NCBI RefSeq assembly: GCF_016127575.1
Contig: NZ_CP066019.1
Location: forward strand, 2,280,001 to 2,312,000
Origin: Cupriavidus necator
Lineage (GTDB): Bacteria > Pseudomonadota > Gammaproteobacteria > Burkholderiales > Burkholderiaceae
Direction of reading: 5' to 3'
Length of the DNA: 32,000 nucleotides
Positions within the stretch are counted from its first letter, which is position 1, and every line of letters begins with the position of its first letter. Below the pieces are notes generated by a model. That model had not been told where the DNA came from and did not search any database. It saw nothing but the letters and a program-made list of their open reading frames with translations. Position numbers and translations under genes: made by a program. This document shows positions 8,883 through 20,440 of the stretch, piece after piece.

Positions 8883-8917
8883 GGGCTGTTTCGCCGGCGC
8901 AGCCGGCGAAACAGCCC
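8883..8917. terminator. Perfect 16-bp stem-loop between convergent genes, a candidate bidirectional terminator
   Basis: gggctgtttcgccggc (8883-8898) pairs perfectly with gccggcgaaacagccc (8902-8917) around the loop gca. It lies between the receptor stop (8828) and the trehalase stop (8997). There is no U-tract on either strand. Confidence 0.6.
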
Positions 8918-8996
8918 AGTCAAGAGCGACACCCCGACCGCATTGAGCAGCAATCCCCAAATCCCCCCAACGCGATGCAAGCGCAGTGTGCCCACC

Positions 8997-10784
8997 TCAG
9001 CTCGCCAAATCATCCGCCCGGCATCTTGCCGGCACCTCTCCGTATAGAGCCATCAACGCGCCGGCAATCGCGTTGGTCCAGCCAAAGCCATCCTGCAACG
9101 GATACTCGCCCCCGCCCCCTCCCCGGGCCGGCCCTTCGATATGCCGGATGCGGTATTTCTCCACCAGCTTGCATTCATGGGTGTAGAGACTGGCCACGGT
9201 CGCCAGCCAGCGCTGCGCAATCTCACGCGCCAGGTCGTCATGGCCATAGCGTGCCAGCCCGCGCACGGCCAGCCATTGCAGTGGCGCCCAGCCATTGGGA
9301 TGGTCCCATTGCTGGCCCGAAGCACATTCCGTGGTGGCCAGCCCGCCGTCAACCAGCAGCCGGTCCTTCACCGCCTGCGCCACGGCTTGCGCCTGCGACG
9401 GCAGCGCAAGACCGAGATAGAGCGGCATCACCATTGCCGCGGTCAGGCACAGCCGCGGCGCGCCGCGGCACCAGTCGTAGTCGACAAAGGCGCCCGCGGT
9501 GTCGTTCCACATGTATTGCAGGATGGCTGCCTCGCGCCGCTGCGCCGCCACGCGGTAAGCCTCCGCCGCGGCATCGCCCGCCTGCTCGCACAGCACGGCG
9601 AGGCGCGTTTCCAGGTGCCAGAGCAATGCGTTGAGGTCGACCGGCAGCATCGCCGTGGTCCGGATGGTGGCAAGGTCCGCGGGCTGGCCGGTGGGCGTGG
9701 ATGGCGAATCGAGCCAGCGCGAGCTGAAGTCCCAGCCCGATTCCGCCGCGGCGCGCAGGTCGCGGAACACCAGGTGATGCGGCCGGCCGCTGCGCATTGC
9801 GGTCTCCATGTCTTCCAGGAAGGCCTCTTCGCGCGGCCACGGGCGGTCGTCCCAGTAGCGGTTCAGCACCGCGCCGTCGGGCAGGCACACCACCCGTCGG
9901 TGCGCGTGGCCCGGCCGCACGCAGTCGGCACCGTCCATCCAGAAGGCGTATTCCCGGCGCAGCTGCGGCAGGAAGTCGATGGCGCTGGCCAACTGCTCGC
10001 GCTCGAGCAGGTCCACCATCAGCGCAAACACCGGCGGCTGCGAGCGGCTCAGGTAGTAGTTGCGCGTGCCGTTCGGCACCAGGCCATAGGTGTCGATCAG
10101 GTAGGCGAAGTTCCGCGCCATCTCCACCATCAGGTCGCCGCGCCCGCTGCCGGCCAGCCCCTCCATGGTGAAGTAGGAGTCCCAGTAATACAGCTCGCCG
10201 AAGCGCCCGCCCGGCACCACGTAGCGGTGCGGCAGCGGCAACAGCGACGACAACGGCGGATGGGCCACGGGCTCGCGCGTCAGCACCGGCCACAGGCCGT
10301 CGATATGCTCGCGCAGGGTGCTGGCCGGGTCTGACACGTAGTGGCTCTCCGGCACGGTGGCGCGGGTGAAATGCGCCTGCACGAAATCAGCCAGACAGAA
10401 ACCCGGCGTGTCGCGCGTTTCGCGGTAGCGTGCCACGATCAGGTCCGGGTCGCAGTTGGGAATGCAGTCAGGGAAGGTCTTGCTGTCGGCAAACAGGCCG
10501 CTGTGCTGGACGTCGACGAACAGCTCGCAGTAGCGCGCCGCGGGCGACAGCATGTCGGCGCAAGCGCAGCCGGGCAGCGTGTGCGGCGGCGGGCAGTCCC
10601 GGTCCGTGACCAGCGCCGGCTGCGCCGCCGCATGGACCTTGCCGGGCGCCGCCGATGGCCCCGGCACCGCGCCGGCGCCGTCAGGGGTGGCCGGGGCCGT
10701 GCGCGGCACCGTGCTGCCGCCGGCAGTGGCGCCGGACGACTGCGGAATGGCGGGTTCGGTCTCGGGCTTGCCTGTCGGCTGCAT
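8997..10784 (-). CDS. treF: Trehalase, glycoside hydrolase family 37, cytoplasmic TreF-like
   Basis: Both GH37 signatures were read directly: PGGRFGELYYWDSYF and QWDHPNGWAPLQW. SPAARYCELFVDVQHSGLFADSKTFPDC resembles the TreF N-terminal region. No hydrophobic signal peptide is present. A GGGAGG Shine-Dalgarno sequence lies 5 nt upstream of the ATG at 10784. Confidence 0.85.
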   Translation of the reverse strand: MQPTGKPETEPAIPQSSGATAGGSTVPRTAPATPDGAGAVPGPSAAPGKVHAAAQPALVTDRDCPPPHTLPGCACADMLSPAARYCELFVDVQHSGLFADSKTFPDCIPNCDPDLIVARYRETRDTPGFCLADFVQAHFTRATVPESHYVSDPASTLREHIDGLWPVLTREPVAHPPLSSLLPLPHRYVVPGGRFGELYYWDSYFTMEGLAGSGRGDLMVEMARNFAYLIDTYGLVPNGTRNYYLSRSQPPVFALMVDLLEREQLASAIDFLPQLRREYAFWMDGADCVRPGHAHRRVVCLPDGAVLNRYWDDRPWPREEAFLEDMETAMRSGRPHHLVFRDLRAAAESGWDFSSRWLDSPSTPTGQPADLATIRTTAMLPVDLNALLWHLETRLAVLCEQAGDAAAEAYRVAAQRREAAILQYMWNDTAGAFVDYDWCRGAPRLCLTAAMVMPLYLGLALPSQAQAVAQAVKDRLLVDGGLATTECASGQQWDHPNGWAPLQWLAVRGLARYGHDDLAREIAQRWLATVASLYTHECKLVEKYRIRHIEGPARGGGGGEYPLQDGFGWTNAIAGALMALYGEVPARCRADDLAS

Positions 10785-10905
10785 GGGCGCCTCCCTGCAC
10801 CGGGCGCTGCCGGCTCATGTGGATAGGAGCCGCGAAGTGCGGGTAAGTTCGCGGCCGCCCCCGCAAAGCGCCCCATGTGTCACGCAGGCGCCCGGGCGCA
10901 GGCGT

Positions 10906-12330
10906 TCACACCTCCTTTTCGCCATGCTGCACCGGTATCGCCGGCGCGGCTTCGCGCACCCCCAGCTGCATGAAGATCCAGGCCGACGCGCACGTGATCA
11001 GCCCCATGCAGACAAAGGTGGCATGAAACGCCGGCAGCACCGCCGTGGAATCGCCGCCGAAGCGGTGCTGGAAGGTCGCCAGCAAGGCGCCCGCCGCGGT
11101 CACCGCCAGGCTCATCGACAGCATCTGCACCATCGACAACATGCTGTTGCCGCTGCTGGCGCCGGCCCCGCTCAGGTCCTTCAGCGTGACCGTGTTCATG
11201 GCCGTGAACTGGATCGAATTGACCATGCCGAACAGCGCCAGCAGCGGGACCAGCAGCCACAGCGGCAACTGCGGCGTGATCAGCGCAAAGGCTGCCATCA
11301 CCAGCCCCACCACGAAGGTATTGGCCACCAGCACGCGGCGGTAGCCGTGGCGCTGGATCAGGCGCGTGGCCAGGCGCTTGGAGGCCATGCCGGCGGCGGT
11401 GACGGGCAACATCATCAGGCCCGCATCGAACGGCGAATAGCCCAGGCTGATCTGCAGCGTCAGCGGGATCAGGAACGGCATCGAGCCATTGCCGATCCGG
11501 GCGAACAGGTTGCCCAGCAGCCCCACGCTGAAGCTGTGGATGCGGAACAGCCGCAGCGGGAACAGCGGCTGCTTGCGCCGGTTGGCGTGCAGCCCGTAGG
11601 CGGTCAGCGCGGCCATGCTGGCGATCAGCAGCATCAGCACGGTGGCATGCTGGAAGCCCAGCCCGGCCAGCCCGTCGAGCGAGAACGACAGCGACAGCAT
11701 GGCGATGGCCAGCAGCAGGTAGCCGGCGATGTCAAAGGGCCCGATGCCGGTCAGCCGCGCGTTGGGCATATAGCGCACCGTGGCCAGTGCGCCCAGCAGC
11801 CCGACCGGCACGTTGATCAGGAAGATCCAGTGCCACGACAGCACCTGCGTCAGCCAGCCGCCCAGCGTCGGCCCGATCAGCGGGCCGAGCATGCCGGGGA
11901 TGGCGACGAAGCTGAGCGCCTGCAGGTACTGCTCGCGCGGGAAGGTGCGCAGCACCGAGAGCCGCCCCACCGGCAGCAGCATGGCCCCGCCCACGCCCTG
12001 CACCACGCGCGCGCCGATCAGGAAGTTTAGCGTAGGCGCGTAGGCGCACAACAGCGAACCCACCACGAACAGCCCGATGGCGGTCTGGAAGATGGTGCGG
12101 GTGCCGAAGCGGTCAGCCAGCCAGCCCGATGCCGGGATGATCACCGCCATGGTCAGCGAGTAGGCAATCACCACCGACTGCATCCGCAGCGGACTCTCGC
12201 CCAGGCTGTGCGCCATCGACGGCAGCGCGGTGTTGACGATCGTCGAGTCCAGCGTCTGCATGAAGAAGCCGACCGCCACCACCCACAGCATGATGCGGCG
12301 GGTGCGGTCGTCGGGCTGGGGTGTGGTCAT
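10906..12330 (-). CDS. mdtD: MFS transporter, DHA2 (EmrB/QacA) 14-TMS family, MdtD-like putative efflux pump
   Basis: VAVGFFMQTLDSTIVNTALPSMAHSLGESPL...PASGWLADRFG...VQGVGGAMLLPVGRLSVLRTFPREQY...SWHWIFLINVPVG...LKDLSGAGASSGNSMLSMVQMLSMSL aligns closely with E. coli MdtD as I recall it. The symbol rests on that remembered similarity only. There is no mdtABC or baeSR context here. Confidence 0.8.
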   Translation of the reverse strand: MTTPQPDDRTRRIMLWVVAVGFFMQTLDSTIVNTALPSMAHSLGESPLRMQSVVIAYSLTMAVIIPASGWLADRFGTRTIFQTAIGLFVVGSLLCAYAPTLNFLIGARVVQGVGGAMLLPVGRLSVLRTFPREQYLQALSFVAIPGMLGPLIGPTLGGWLTQVLSWHWIFLINVPVGLLGALATVRYMPNARLTGIGPFDIAGYLLLAIAMLSLSFSLDGLAGLGFQHATVLMLLIASMAALTAYGLHANRRKQPLFPLRLFRIHSFSVGLLGNLFARIGNGSMPFLIPLTLQISLGYSPFDAGLMMLPVTAAGMASKRLATRLIQRHGYRRVLVANTFVVGLVMAAFALITPQLPLWLLVPLLALFGMVNSIQFTAMNTVTLKDLSGAGASSGNSMLSMVQMLSMSLAVTAAGALLATFQHRFGGDSTAVLPAFHATFVCMGLITCASAWIFMQLGVREAAPAIPVQHGEKEV

Positions 12331-12447
12331 GTGGCGGGCTCCGGGCCGGCCGGGCCCCGGAATCCCGGTATGCGCCGGCCAAAGCCGACACCTTAAAGGT
12401 CTATCGCGGAACAGGCAAATCGATGCGTGGCCAAGCGCCTCGCTGCC

Positions 12448-13566
12448 CTAGTCCAGGCGCTGGCGCTGGTCCTGGCTGAAATAGGCAAGCCGGTACAGCC
12501 GCCACGGTGCCTGCGCACTGTCGCGGCAATAGCCATAGCGGAAGATGTCTTCCAGCGCGGGCAGGTCGTAGCGCAGGTCGGTGAACCAGACGCAGGCGAC
12601 CGCTGCGCCCGGCGGCACGGATGGCGATGCCCGCATCGCCGTGATGGCGGACAAGGCCGGATAGACCGCGAACTGCCTGAAATCGGCAAAGTCCGGCCGC
12701 ACCCAGAGCTGCCATGCCAGCGCCTGCTCAGCCAGCGCCTGCTCAGCCGGCGCCTCCAGCAGCTGCGGCCGCTCGGTCCAGACCATGCGCCCGGGCGGTT
12801 CGTAGGCCCTGGCCATGGCCGGCAGGCGCCCCAGCACCTGCCATTGCGGCACCCAGGCCCGATGCCCGGCCAGGTTGACGTGGGCGACGCGGTAGTCCGT
12901 CTCCGCGCGGGCAATCAGTTTCCAGTTGAACGGAGAGAACGGCTGGGGCAGCGCATCCACGCGCTGCGCCTGGATACCGGCAGTGCGCAAGGATTCGTTG
13001 CCCAGTTCCAGCGCCCGTTGCCTGAGCACAGCCTGGACGCCGACATAGGCACACAGCAGCGCCATGCCCGCCAGTGCCGCCCGACCGCGCCACTGCAGCG
13101 CCAGCAACAGTGCCAGGACCAGTCCGGACACGACAATGCCGCTCAACAGCGGATCGATCAGGAAGCTGGTGCCAAGGCTGAAGCGCCGTTCGGAGCCGGG
13201 ATAGAAGATGCGGGTGCCATAGACCGTGACCAGGTCCAGCGCGATGTGGCTGGCCACGCCGAGGCAACTGACGGCGAACGCTTCCCTCCAGGCCTCGCGC
13301 CGGTGCGCCGCCAGGCAGAACAGGCCGGCAAGCAGCGCGCCCCAGGCGGGGAGCAGCAGCAGCGAATGGGTCGGCCCCTGGTGCCACTGCGCCAGGAAAC
13401 GCAGCGGATGGACCAAAAAACCCAGGAAATCGATATCCGGAAAGGCACCGGCCGCAGCGCCAAGCAGCAGGCGTTCGCGCGTGCTGAGTCGCCGGCCGGG
13501 AACCTCGGCGACAGGGATGGCGAGCGCGGCCTGCGCCCCCATCAAGGCATGGGTGATCGTGTCCAT
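12448..13566 (-). CDS. Membrane-bound metal-dependent hydrolase (YdjM/DUF457-like N-terminal domain) with a C-terminal extension of about 190 aa
   Basis: This is ORF 12448..13779, trimmed to the ATG at 13566. It reads MDTITHALMGAQAALAI...GAFPDIDFLGF...GPTHSLLLLPAWGALL...ASHIALDLVTVYGTRIFYPGS, the hallmark pattern of the YdjM family, with several TM segments. Confidence 0.7.
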   Translation of the reverse strand: MDTITHALMGAQAALAIPVAEVPGRRLSTRERLLLGAAAGAFPDIDFLGFLVHPLRFLAQWHQGPTHSLLLLPAWGALLAGLFCLAAHRREAWREAFAVSCLGVASHIALDLVTVYGTRIFYPGSERRFSLGTSFLIDPLLSGIVVSGLVLALLLALQWRGRAALAGMALLCAYVGVQAVLRQRALELGNESLRTAGIQAQRVDALPQPFSPFNWKLIARAETDYRVAHVNLAGHRAWVPQWQVLGRLPAMARAYEPPGRMVWTERPQLLEAPAEQALAEQALAWQLWVRPDFADFRQFAVYPALSAITAMRASPSVPPGAAVACVWFTDLRYDLPALEDIFRYGYCRDSAQAPWRLYRLAYFSQDQRQRLD

Positions 13567-14165
13567 CCGGACCGGGCTCCCTTGTCGCCAGGGCGGCGCC
13601 AGGCCAGGCGCTCGGCGCAGCGCAGTTGCCGTTCGAGCCACGCTTGCGTGTGGCCGGAATCCGGAGAACGGTCGCGTAGCCAACAGCCAAAGGTGGAAAG
13701 GAAGATTCCGGTCAGCACGACCTCGCCCAATTCGCGGCGCCAGCCGGATTCGGGCAGGCGCGCCGATTCCCGCAGCCATTGCACGGTGCGGCTGATATGC
13801 AGCAGGCCCTGCACCTGCAGATGCACGTGCTCCGGCTGCAGCTTGTAGCGCAGCATCTGGGCGGTGAGCTGCCGGTGCGGGGCCAGCGCCTCGAGCCAGG
13901 CGAGGATGGCCTGCTCCAGGCGCTCGCGGTGGGACAGGGCGGCCCAGCCTTCACGCGAGGAAGCGCGCACGAGCGCAAGGTCGGCCCGCTCGAACCAGGC
14001 CTCGGCCAGGTCGTCCTTCTGCCGGTAATGCCGATGGATCTGGTCCAGGCCGATGCCCATGTCGTCGGCAACGTCATGCAGGTGCAGGGCATCCCAGCCG
14101 CTGCGCTCGCCCAGCATCAGGGCAACCTCCAGGATCCGGCCTGCCAGGGCTGCGTCAGCGTTCAT
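13542..14165 (-). CDS. TetR/AcrR-family transcriptional regulator
   Basis: This is ORF 13542..14213, trimmed to the ATG at 14165. It reads MNADAALAGRILEVALMLGERSGWDALHLHDVADDMGIGLDQIHRHYRQKDDLAEAWF, a TetR-type N-terminal HTH. Its 3' end overlaps the hydrolase start by 25 nt. It is divergent from the 14443 gene. Confidence 0.75.
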   Translation of the reverse strand: MNADAALAGRILEVALMLGERSGWDALHLHDVADDMGIGLDQIHRHYRQKDDLAEAWFERADLALVRASSREGWAALSHRERLEQAILAWLEALAPHRQLTAQMLRYKLQPEHVHLQVQGLLHISRTVQWLRESARLPESGWRRELGEVVLTGIFLSTFGCWLRDRSPDSGHTQAWLERQLRCAERLAWRRPGDKGARSGWTRSPMP

Positions 14166-14442
14166 GGCTTTGCCATCCTCGGGAATGCGCGTCCGCGCTC
14201 TACCTTCCAGCATAGAGAGGCAACCCGTACGCGGGCGCGGATTTCATTGTCATGTGCACGATGCTGCCGGATCGGCGTGCAGTCGGGGCTTGCCCGCCTG
14301 TGCCCGGTTCGGCACCTGCCTCGACAATTTCCGCACGCAGCCTATCTTTAGGGTGTCAGTCCAGGCGTCATCGACAAGGGCCGCCGTGCCAGCCAGCACT
14401 CGGCGGCGGCCGCGGTGTCGCGTGGACAGAGGCCGTACGCGC

Positions 14443-17289
<2,847 letters not shown>

Positions 17290-17348
17290 TGCCCCGCGCC
17301 GCGAGGAACTTGCCATGACATCTGCCGACGGAGCAGGACCCTAGCGGC

Positions 17349-18368
17349 ATGGATACCTTTGCCACCGCCCCGATGTGGGCCGGCTTCCTGGTCCTGGTGC
17401 TGGGGACGCTGGTGGTGGACGTGTTCGTCCTTGGCGGCCGGCACGCGCACCGCGTTTCAACGCGCGAGGCGCTGGGCTGGACCCTGGCCTGGTCGACGCT
17501 GGCGGTGCTCTTCGGCATCGCCCTGTGGTGGCTGCTGGCCGGAAGCGCCGGACGCGAGACCGCAGACCGCAAGGTGCTGGAGTTCTATACCGGCTACCTG
17601 ATCGAGCTGTCGCTGTCGGTCGACAATATGTTCGTGTTCGCGATGATCTTCGGCTATTTCGCGGTGCCGCCGGAGTTGCAGCGCAGGGTGCTGCTGTTCG
17701 GCGTGGTCGGCGCGATCGTGATGCGCGCCGTCATGATCCTGCTCGGCGTGTGGCTGATCAGCGAATTCTCGTGGATCCTCTACGTGTTCGGCGTGTTCCT
17801 GCTGTTCACCGGCATCAAGATGCTGTTCGTCTCCAGGCGTGCCCCCGATCTCTCGCGCAATCCCATCGTTCGCTTCCTGTGTGCGCATATGCGGATCACC
17901 GCGGACTATCACGGCGAGCACTTCTTCGTGCGCGTCGACGGCCTGCGCCATGCGACACCGATGTTCCTGGTGGTGCTGCTGGTCGAGGCGACCGACCTGG
18001 TGTTTGCCGTCGACAGCATTCCGGCCATCTTCGCCGTCACCACCGACCCGTTCATCGTCTTCACCTCGAACATCTTCGCCATCATGGGGCTGCGGGCGCT
18101 GTATTTCCTGCTGGCCAACCTGGCGCAGCATTTCCATTATCTGAAGTACGGCCTGGCCATCGTGCTGGCCTTTATCGGCGCCAAGATGCTGGCCGAGCCG
18201 TGGTTCCATGTGCCGGTGCACTGGTCTCTCGGCGCCGTCGCCATGACGTTGTTCGTGTCCGTCCTGGTCAGCCGGGCCAGGGCCAGGCGCACGCTTGCGC
18301 ACGCCGGGGACGAACTGGGCGGCCACTGCGCCCCGCGCGAGCGCAGGGCAGGGAACCGGCGCACATAA
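17349..18368 (+). CDS. TerC/Alx-family integral membrane protein
   Basis: EFYTGYLIELSLSVDNMFVFAMIFGYF...GAIVMRAVMILLG...LLVEATDLVFAVDSIPAIFAVTTDPFIVFTSNIFAIMGLRALYFLL shows the duplicated TerC motifs. Confidence 0.85.
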   Translation: MDTFATAPMWAGFLVLVLGTLVVDVFVLGGRHAHRVSTREALGWTLAWSTLAVLFGIALWWLLAGSAGRETADRKVLEFYTGYLIELSLSVDNMFVFAMIFGYFAVPPELQRRVLLFGVVGAIVMRAVMILLGVWLISEFSWILYVFGVFLLFTGIKMLFVSRRAPDLSRNPIVRFLCAHMRITADYHGEHFFVRVDGLRHATPMFLVVLLVEATDLVFAVDSIPAIFAVTTDPFIVFTSNIFAIMGLRALYFLLANLAQHFHYLKYGLAIVLAFIGAKMLAEPWFHVPVHWSLGAVAMTLFVSVLVSRARARRTLAHAGDELGGHCAPRERRAGNRRT

Positions 18369-18379
18369 GGAGCGATTCC

Positions 18380-18805
18380 ATGAACAAGATCCTGCTTGCG
18401 ACCGACGGGTCGGCCTATAGCGACGCGGCCGCCCGCTACCTGGTACAGAATCCCCTGTTCAGCCGCGATTTCGTGGTGCACGTGGTGCACTGCGAACCGG
18501 ATGTGGCTGGCGACATCAAGACCTTCATCGACCGGTCCACCCTGGATGCCTGGCATCGCGAACAGAACGACAAGGCGATGCAGTCCGTGGCGAGCATCCT
18601 GGACGAGGCCGGTATCGCTTGCGAGTGCCACGGCTTCGTCGGCTTCGCACCGGCCCGCATCGTCGAGTACGCGGGCAGCATCGGCGCCAGCCTGATCGTG
18701 ATGGGCTCGCACGGCCGCGGCGGCTTCCTGGATGCCATCATCGGCTCGGTCGCCAGGCGAGTGCTTGCCCATGCGCACTGCCCGGTGTTGCTGGTCAGGA
18801 GCTAG
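18380..18805 (+). CDS. Universal stress protein (UspA family)
   Basis: This is an in-frame ATG inside track ORF 17375..18805, with an AAGGAG Shine-Dalgarno sequence at 18367-18372. It reads MNKILLATDGSAYSDAAARYL...ASLIVMGSHGRGGFLDAIIGSVARRVLAHAHCPVLLV, with the Usp ATP-binding G-2x-G-9x-G(S/T) motif. Confidence 0.85.
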   Translation: MNKILLATDGSAYSDAAARYLVQNPLFSRDFVVHVVHCEPDVAGDIKTFIDRSTLDAWHREQNDKAMQSVASILDEAGIACECHGFVGFAPARIVEYAGSIGASLIVMGSHGRGGFLDAIIGSVARRVLAHAHCPVLLVRS

Positions 18806-18840
18806 TGCCCTCTGATCGCTGAGAAAACTGGCCTGCTGGC

Positions 18841-18862
18841 GGTTTGCTTCCCCTCGCAAACC
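18841..18862 (+). terminator. Short stem-loop after the usp gene, a weak terminator candidate
   Basis: ggtttgc and gcaaacc form a 7-bp stem around the 8-nt loop ttcccctc. There is no U-tract. Confidence 0.3.
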
Positions 18863-18907
18863 AATGCCTCTAGCTGGCGCGGTTGACTGGGAATTGCTGG
18901 AGTCTGG

Positions 18908-19138
18908 CTACAGATCGCAGGGCACCCGGCGCCTCGCCGGATTGTGCGGCCGGGGCGATTTTACCTCGGTGGCTTGCGCGCCGCCGCAGTGACCGTAACA
19001 GTAACGGGCTGGTGCTGTCATTGCCACAGCCCGCCCCCCGCCATCGAAGGGTGAAAGCGGAACCAGGTTAAACAGGTTCAGGAAGAAGCCCGCAATAGGC
19101 CAACGCCAGCAGTGACCCGCTGTCGGCGCTACGCTCAA
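18908..19138 (-). pseudogene. Remnant of a peptidase M50 (site-2 protease family) gene, 3' portion only
   Basis: The ORF contains AGFFLNLFNLVPLSPFDGG, which matches the conserved (N/A)xxPxxPxDGG helix of M50 metalloproteases. No HExxH-bearing N-terminal part exists upstream: an in-frame stop lies just 5' and the IS remnant follows. The sequence after the DGG motif looks frame-disturbed. Confidence 0.4.
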
Positions 19139-19209
19139 GGTAATAGCAGACTAGCAGGCTGCTGAAGTACTGCCGCACAAACGGAATGCTTTCCGCCTGT
19201 GCAGGTAAG

Positions 19210-20440
19210 CACTGCTTGATTTCACAATCCGGAAGCTATGCGCCCCTGAATCGTTTTTTTCGGCTGTTGGGCGCCCGTTTCCGGCATTCTTGGCCCGCTT
19301 ACTGCAACTGCGGACGGATTTTTCCCAGCGAACGCATGCGCACGAGGTGTAGGCGGCCATGCTCAGCACGAACATCTAGTCGCCTCGCTTCAGTCCGCGC
19401 ACCATCACCTGGCGCATGCGCCCGACCGTCTTGACCCAGCCGAAGCCTTGCTCGATCAGCTTGCGCTTTTGCTGCGAGATGGCATATCCCTCGCTGCGGG
19501 CAATGGCATCAGGAACCGCCGAGCGCCGACCCGAGGTGTTTTGCGCCACATGCGGCGTCACCTTCATCTCCAGGCAGGCTTGAATGAACTCCTGCGCGTC
19601 GTAGCCTTTATCCGCGCCCACGGTGACTTCCACATTCAGATCTTCAGTCACCTGCCTGGCATCGTTGATGCATGACCTTCGCGGGCCTCGCGCTCGGCGT
19701 GTCCGTCCGCATTGGTCACCATGGCGCTCACCACCAGGCCGTGGCGGTTGTCGCTCAGGGTATAGCCCATGTAGCGCAGTTCACTCGCAGTCTTGCCCTT
19801 GCGGTACAGCCTGGCATCGGGATCGGTCTTGGACTCGTGCGTGTCGTTGCTGCGCTTGCGACCCTTGAAGTTACCGCCGTCGTTATCGTCCTTGTCACCG
19901 CCGTCCTTGCGCACAAAGCTCTTGTGGCCTGCCCACGCCTGAATCAGCGTGCCGTCGACGCTGAAGTGCTCCCCCGACAGCCAGTTCTTCTTCTGCGCGA
20001 TAGCCAGCACCTCGTTGAAGAACTCGATCACAGCATCATGCTTAGTCAGCCGTTCGCGGTTCTTGGTGAAGACCGTTGGCACGCAAACTGGGGCGTCCAT
20101 CTATAGCCCGATGAACCAGCGAAACAGCAGGTTGTACTGCGTCTGCTCCATCAATTGACGTTCGGAGCGGATGCTGTAGAGCACCTGCAGCAGCATGGCG
20201 CGCAGCAACTTCTCCGGCGCGATGCTAGGCCGGCCACCCTTGATGTCGGCCTCGTACATCTGCGCGAACAACCGGTCCATCTTCACCAGCGCCTGGTTGG
20301 CCATGGTTCGGATCGAGCGCAGCGGGTGCGACTTCGGCACGAAATCATCCAGACGCCGCATGGTGAACAAACTTTCGGTGAAGGTGTCTCCGCCGCGCAT
20401 GAATGTGGGGTTGGATGGGGTCCTCAAATCAACGCTTCAG
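19210..20440 (-). mobile_element. Degraded IS5-family insertion sequence; boundaries are approximate
   Basis: It encloses the broken transposase described in the next entry. The only terminal inverted match I found by hand is weak: gcttgatttcacaatcc at 19214-19230 against the reverse complement of 20417-20435, gcgttgatttgaggacccc. No target-site duplication was identified. Confidence 0.6.
19299..20400 (-). pseudogene. IS5-family DDE transposase, inactivated by two in-frame TAG stops and two frameshifts
   Basis: Four consecutive pieces make up the frame.
- 20400-20104: MRGGDTFTESLFTMRRLDDFVPKSHPLRSIR...RPSIAPEKLLRAMLLQVLYSIRSERQLMEQTQYNLLFRWFIGL, the InsH-type N-terminus.
- An in-frame TAG lies at 20101-20103, followed immediately by MDAPVCVPTVFTKNRERL...HFSVDGTLIQAWA.
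- A frameshift near 19650 leads into VGADKGYDAQEFI...QKRKLIEQGFGWVKTVGRMRQVMVRGLKR.
- A second TAG lies at 19376-19378.
- Restoring 1 nt near 19340 gives the usual C-terminus AAYNLVRMRSLGKIRPQLQ, with its stop at 19299-19301. Confidence 0.8.

Noticed and set aside
14255-14275. A TetR operator candidate around cattgtcatgtgcacgatg
   Set aside because: Only the GTGCAC core is palindromic. The flanks do not mirror each other in any register I tried.
14053-14442. The 130-codon upstream extension of the ACP-FAAL-PlsC ORF
   Set aside because: The extension overlaps the TetR gene start and the divergent promoter region and is Arg/Ser/Ala-rich. The carrier domain begins right after the ATG at 14443.
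17375-18379. Track ORF 17375..18805 as a single 476-aa protein
   Set aside because: Its first 335 codons are an off-frame shadow of the TerC gene. Only the last 141 codons, from the ATG at 18380 with an AAGGAG Shine-Dalgarno sequence, encode the Usp protein.
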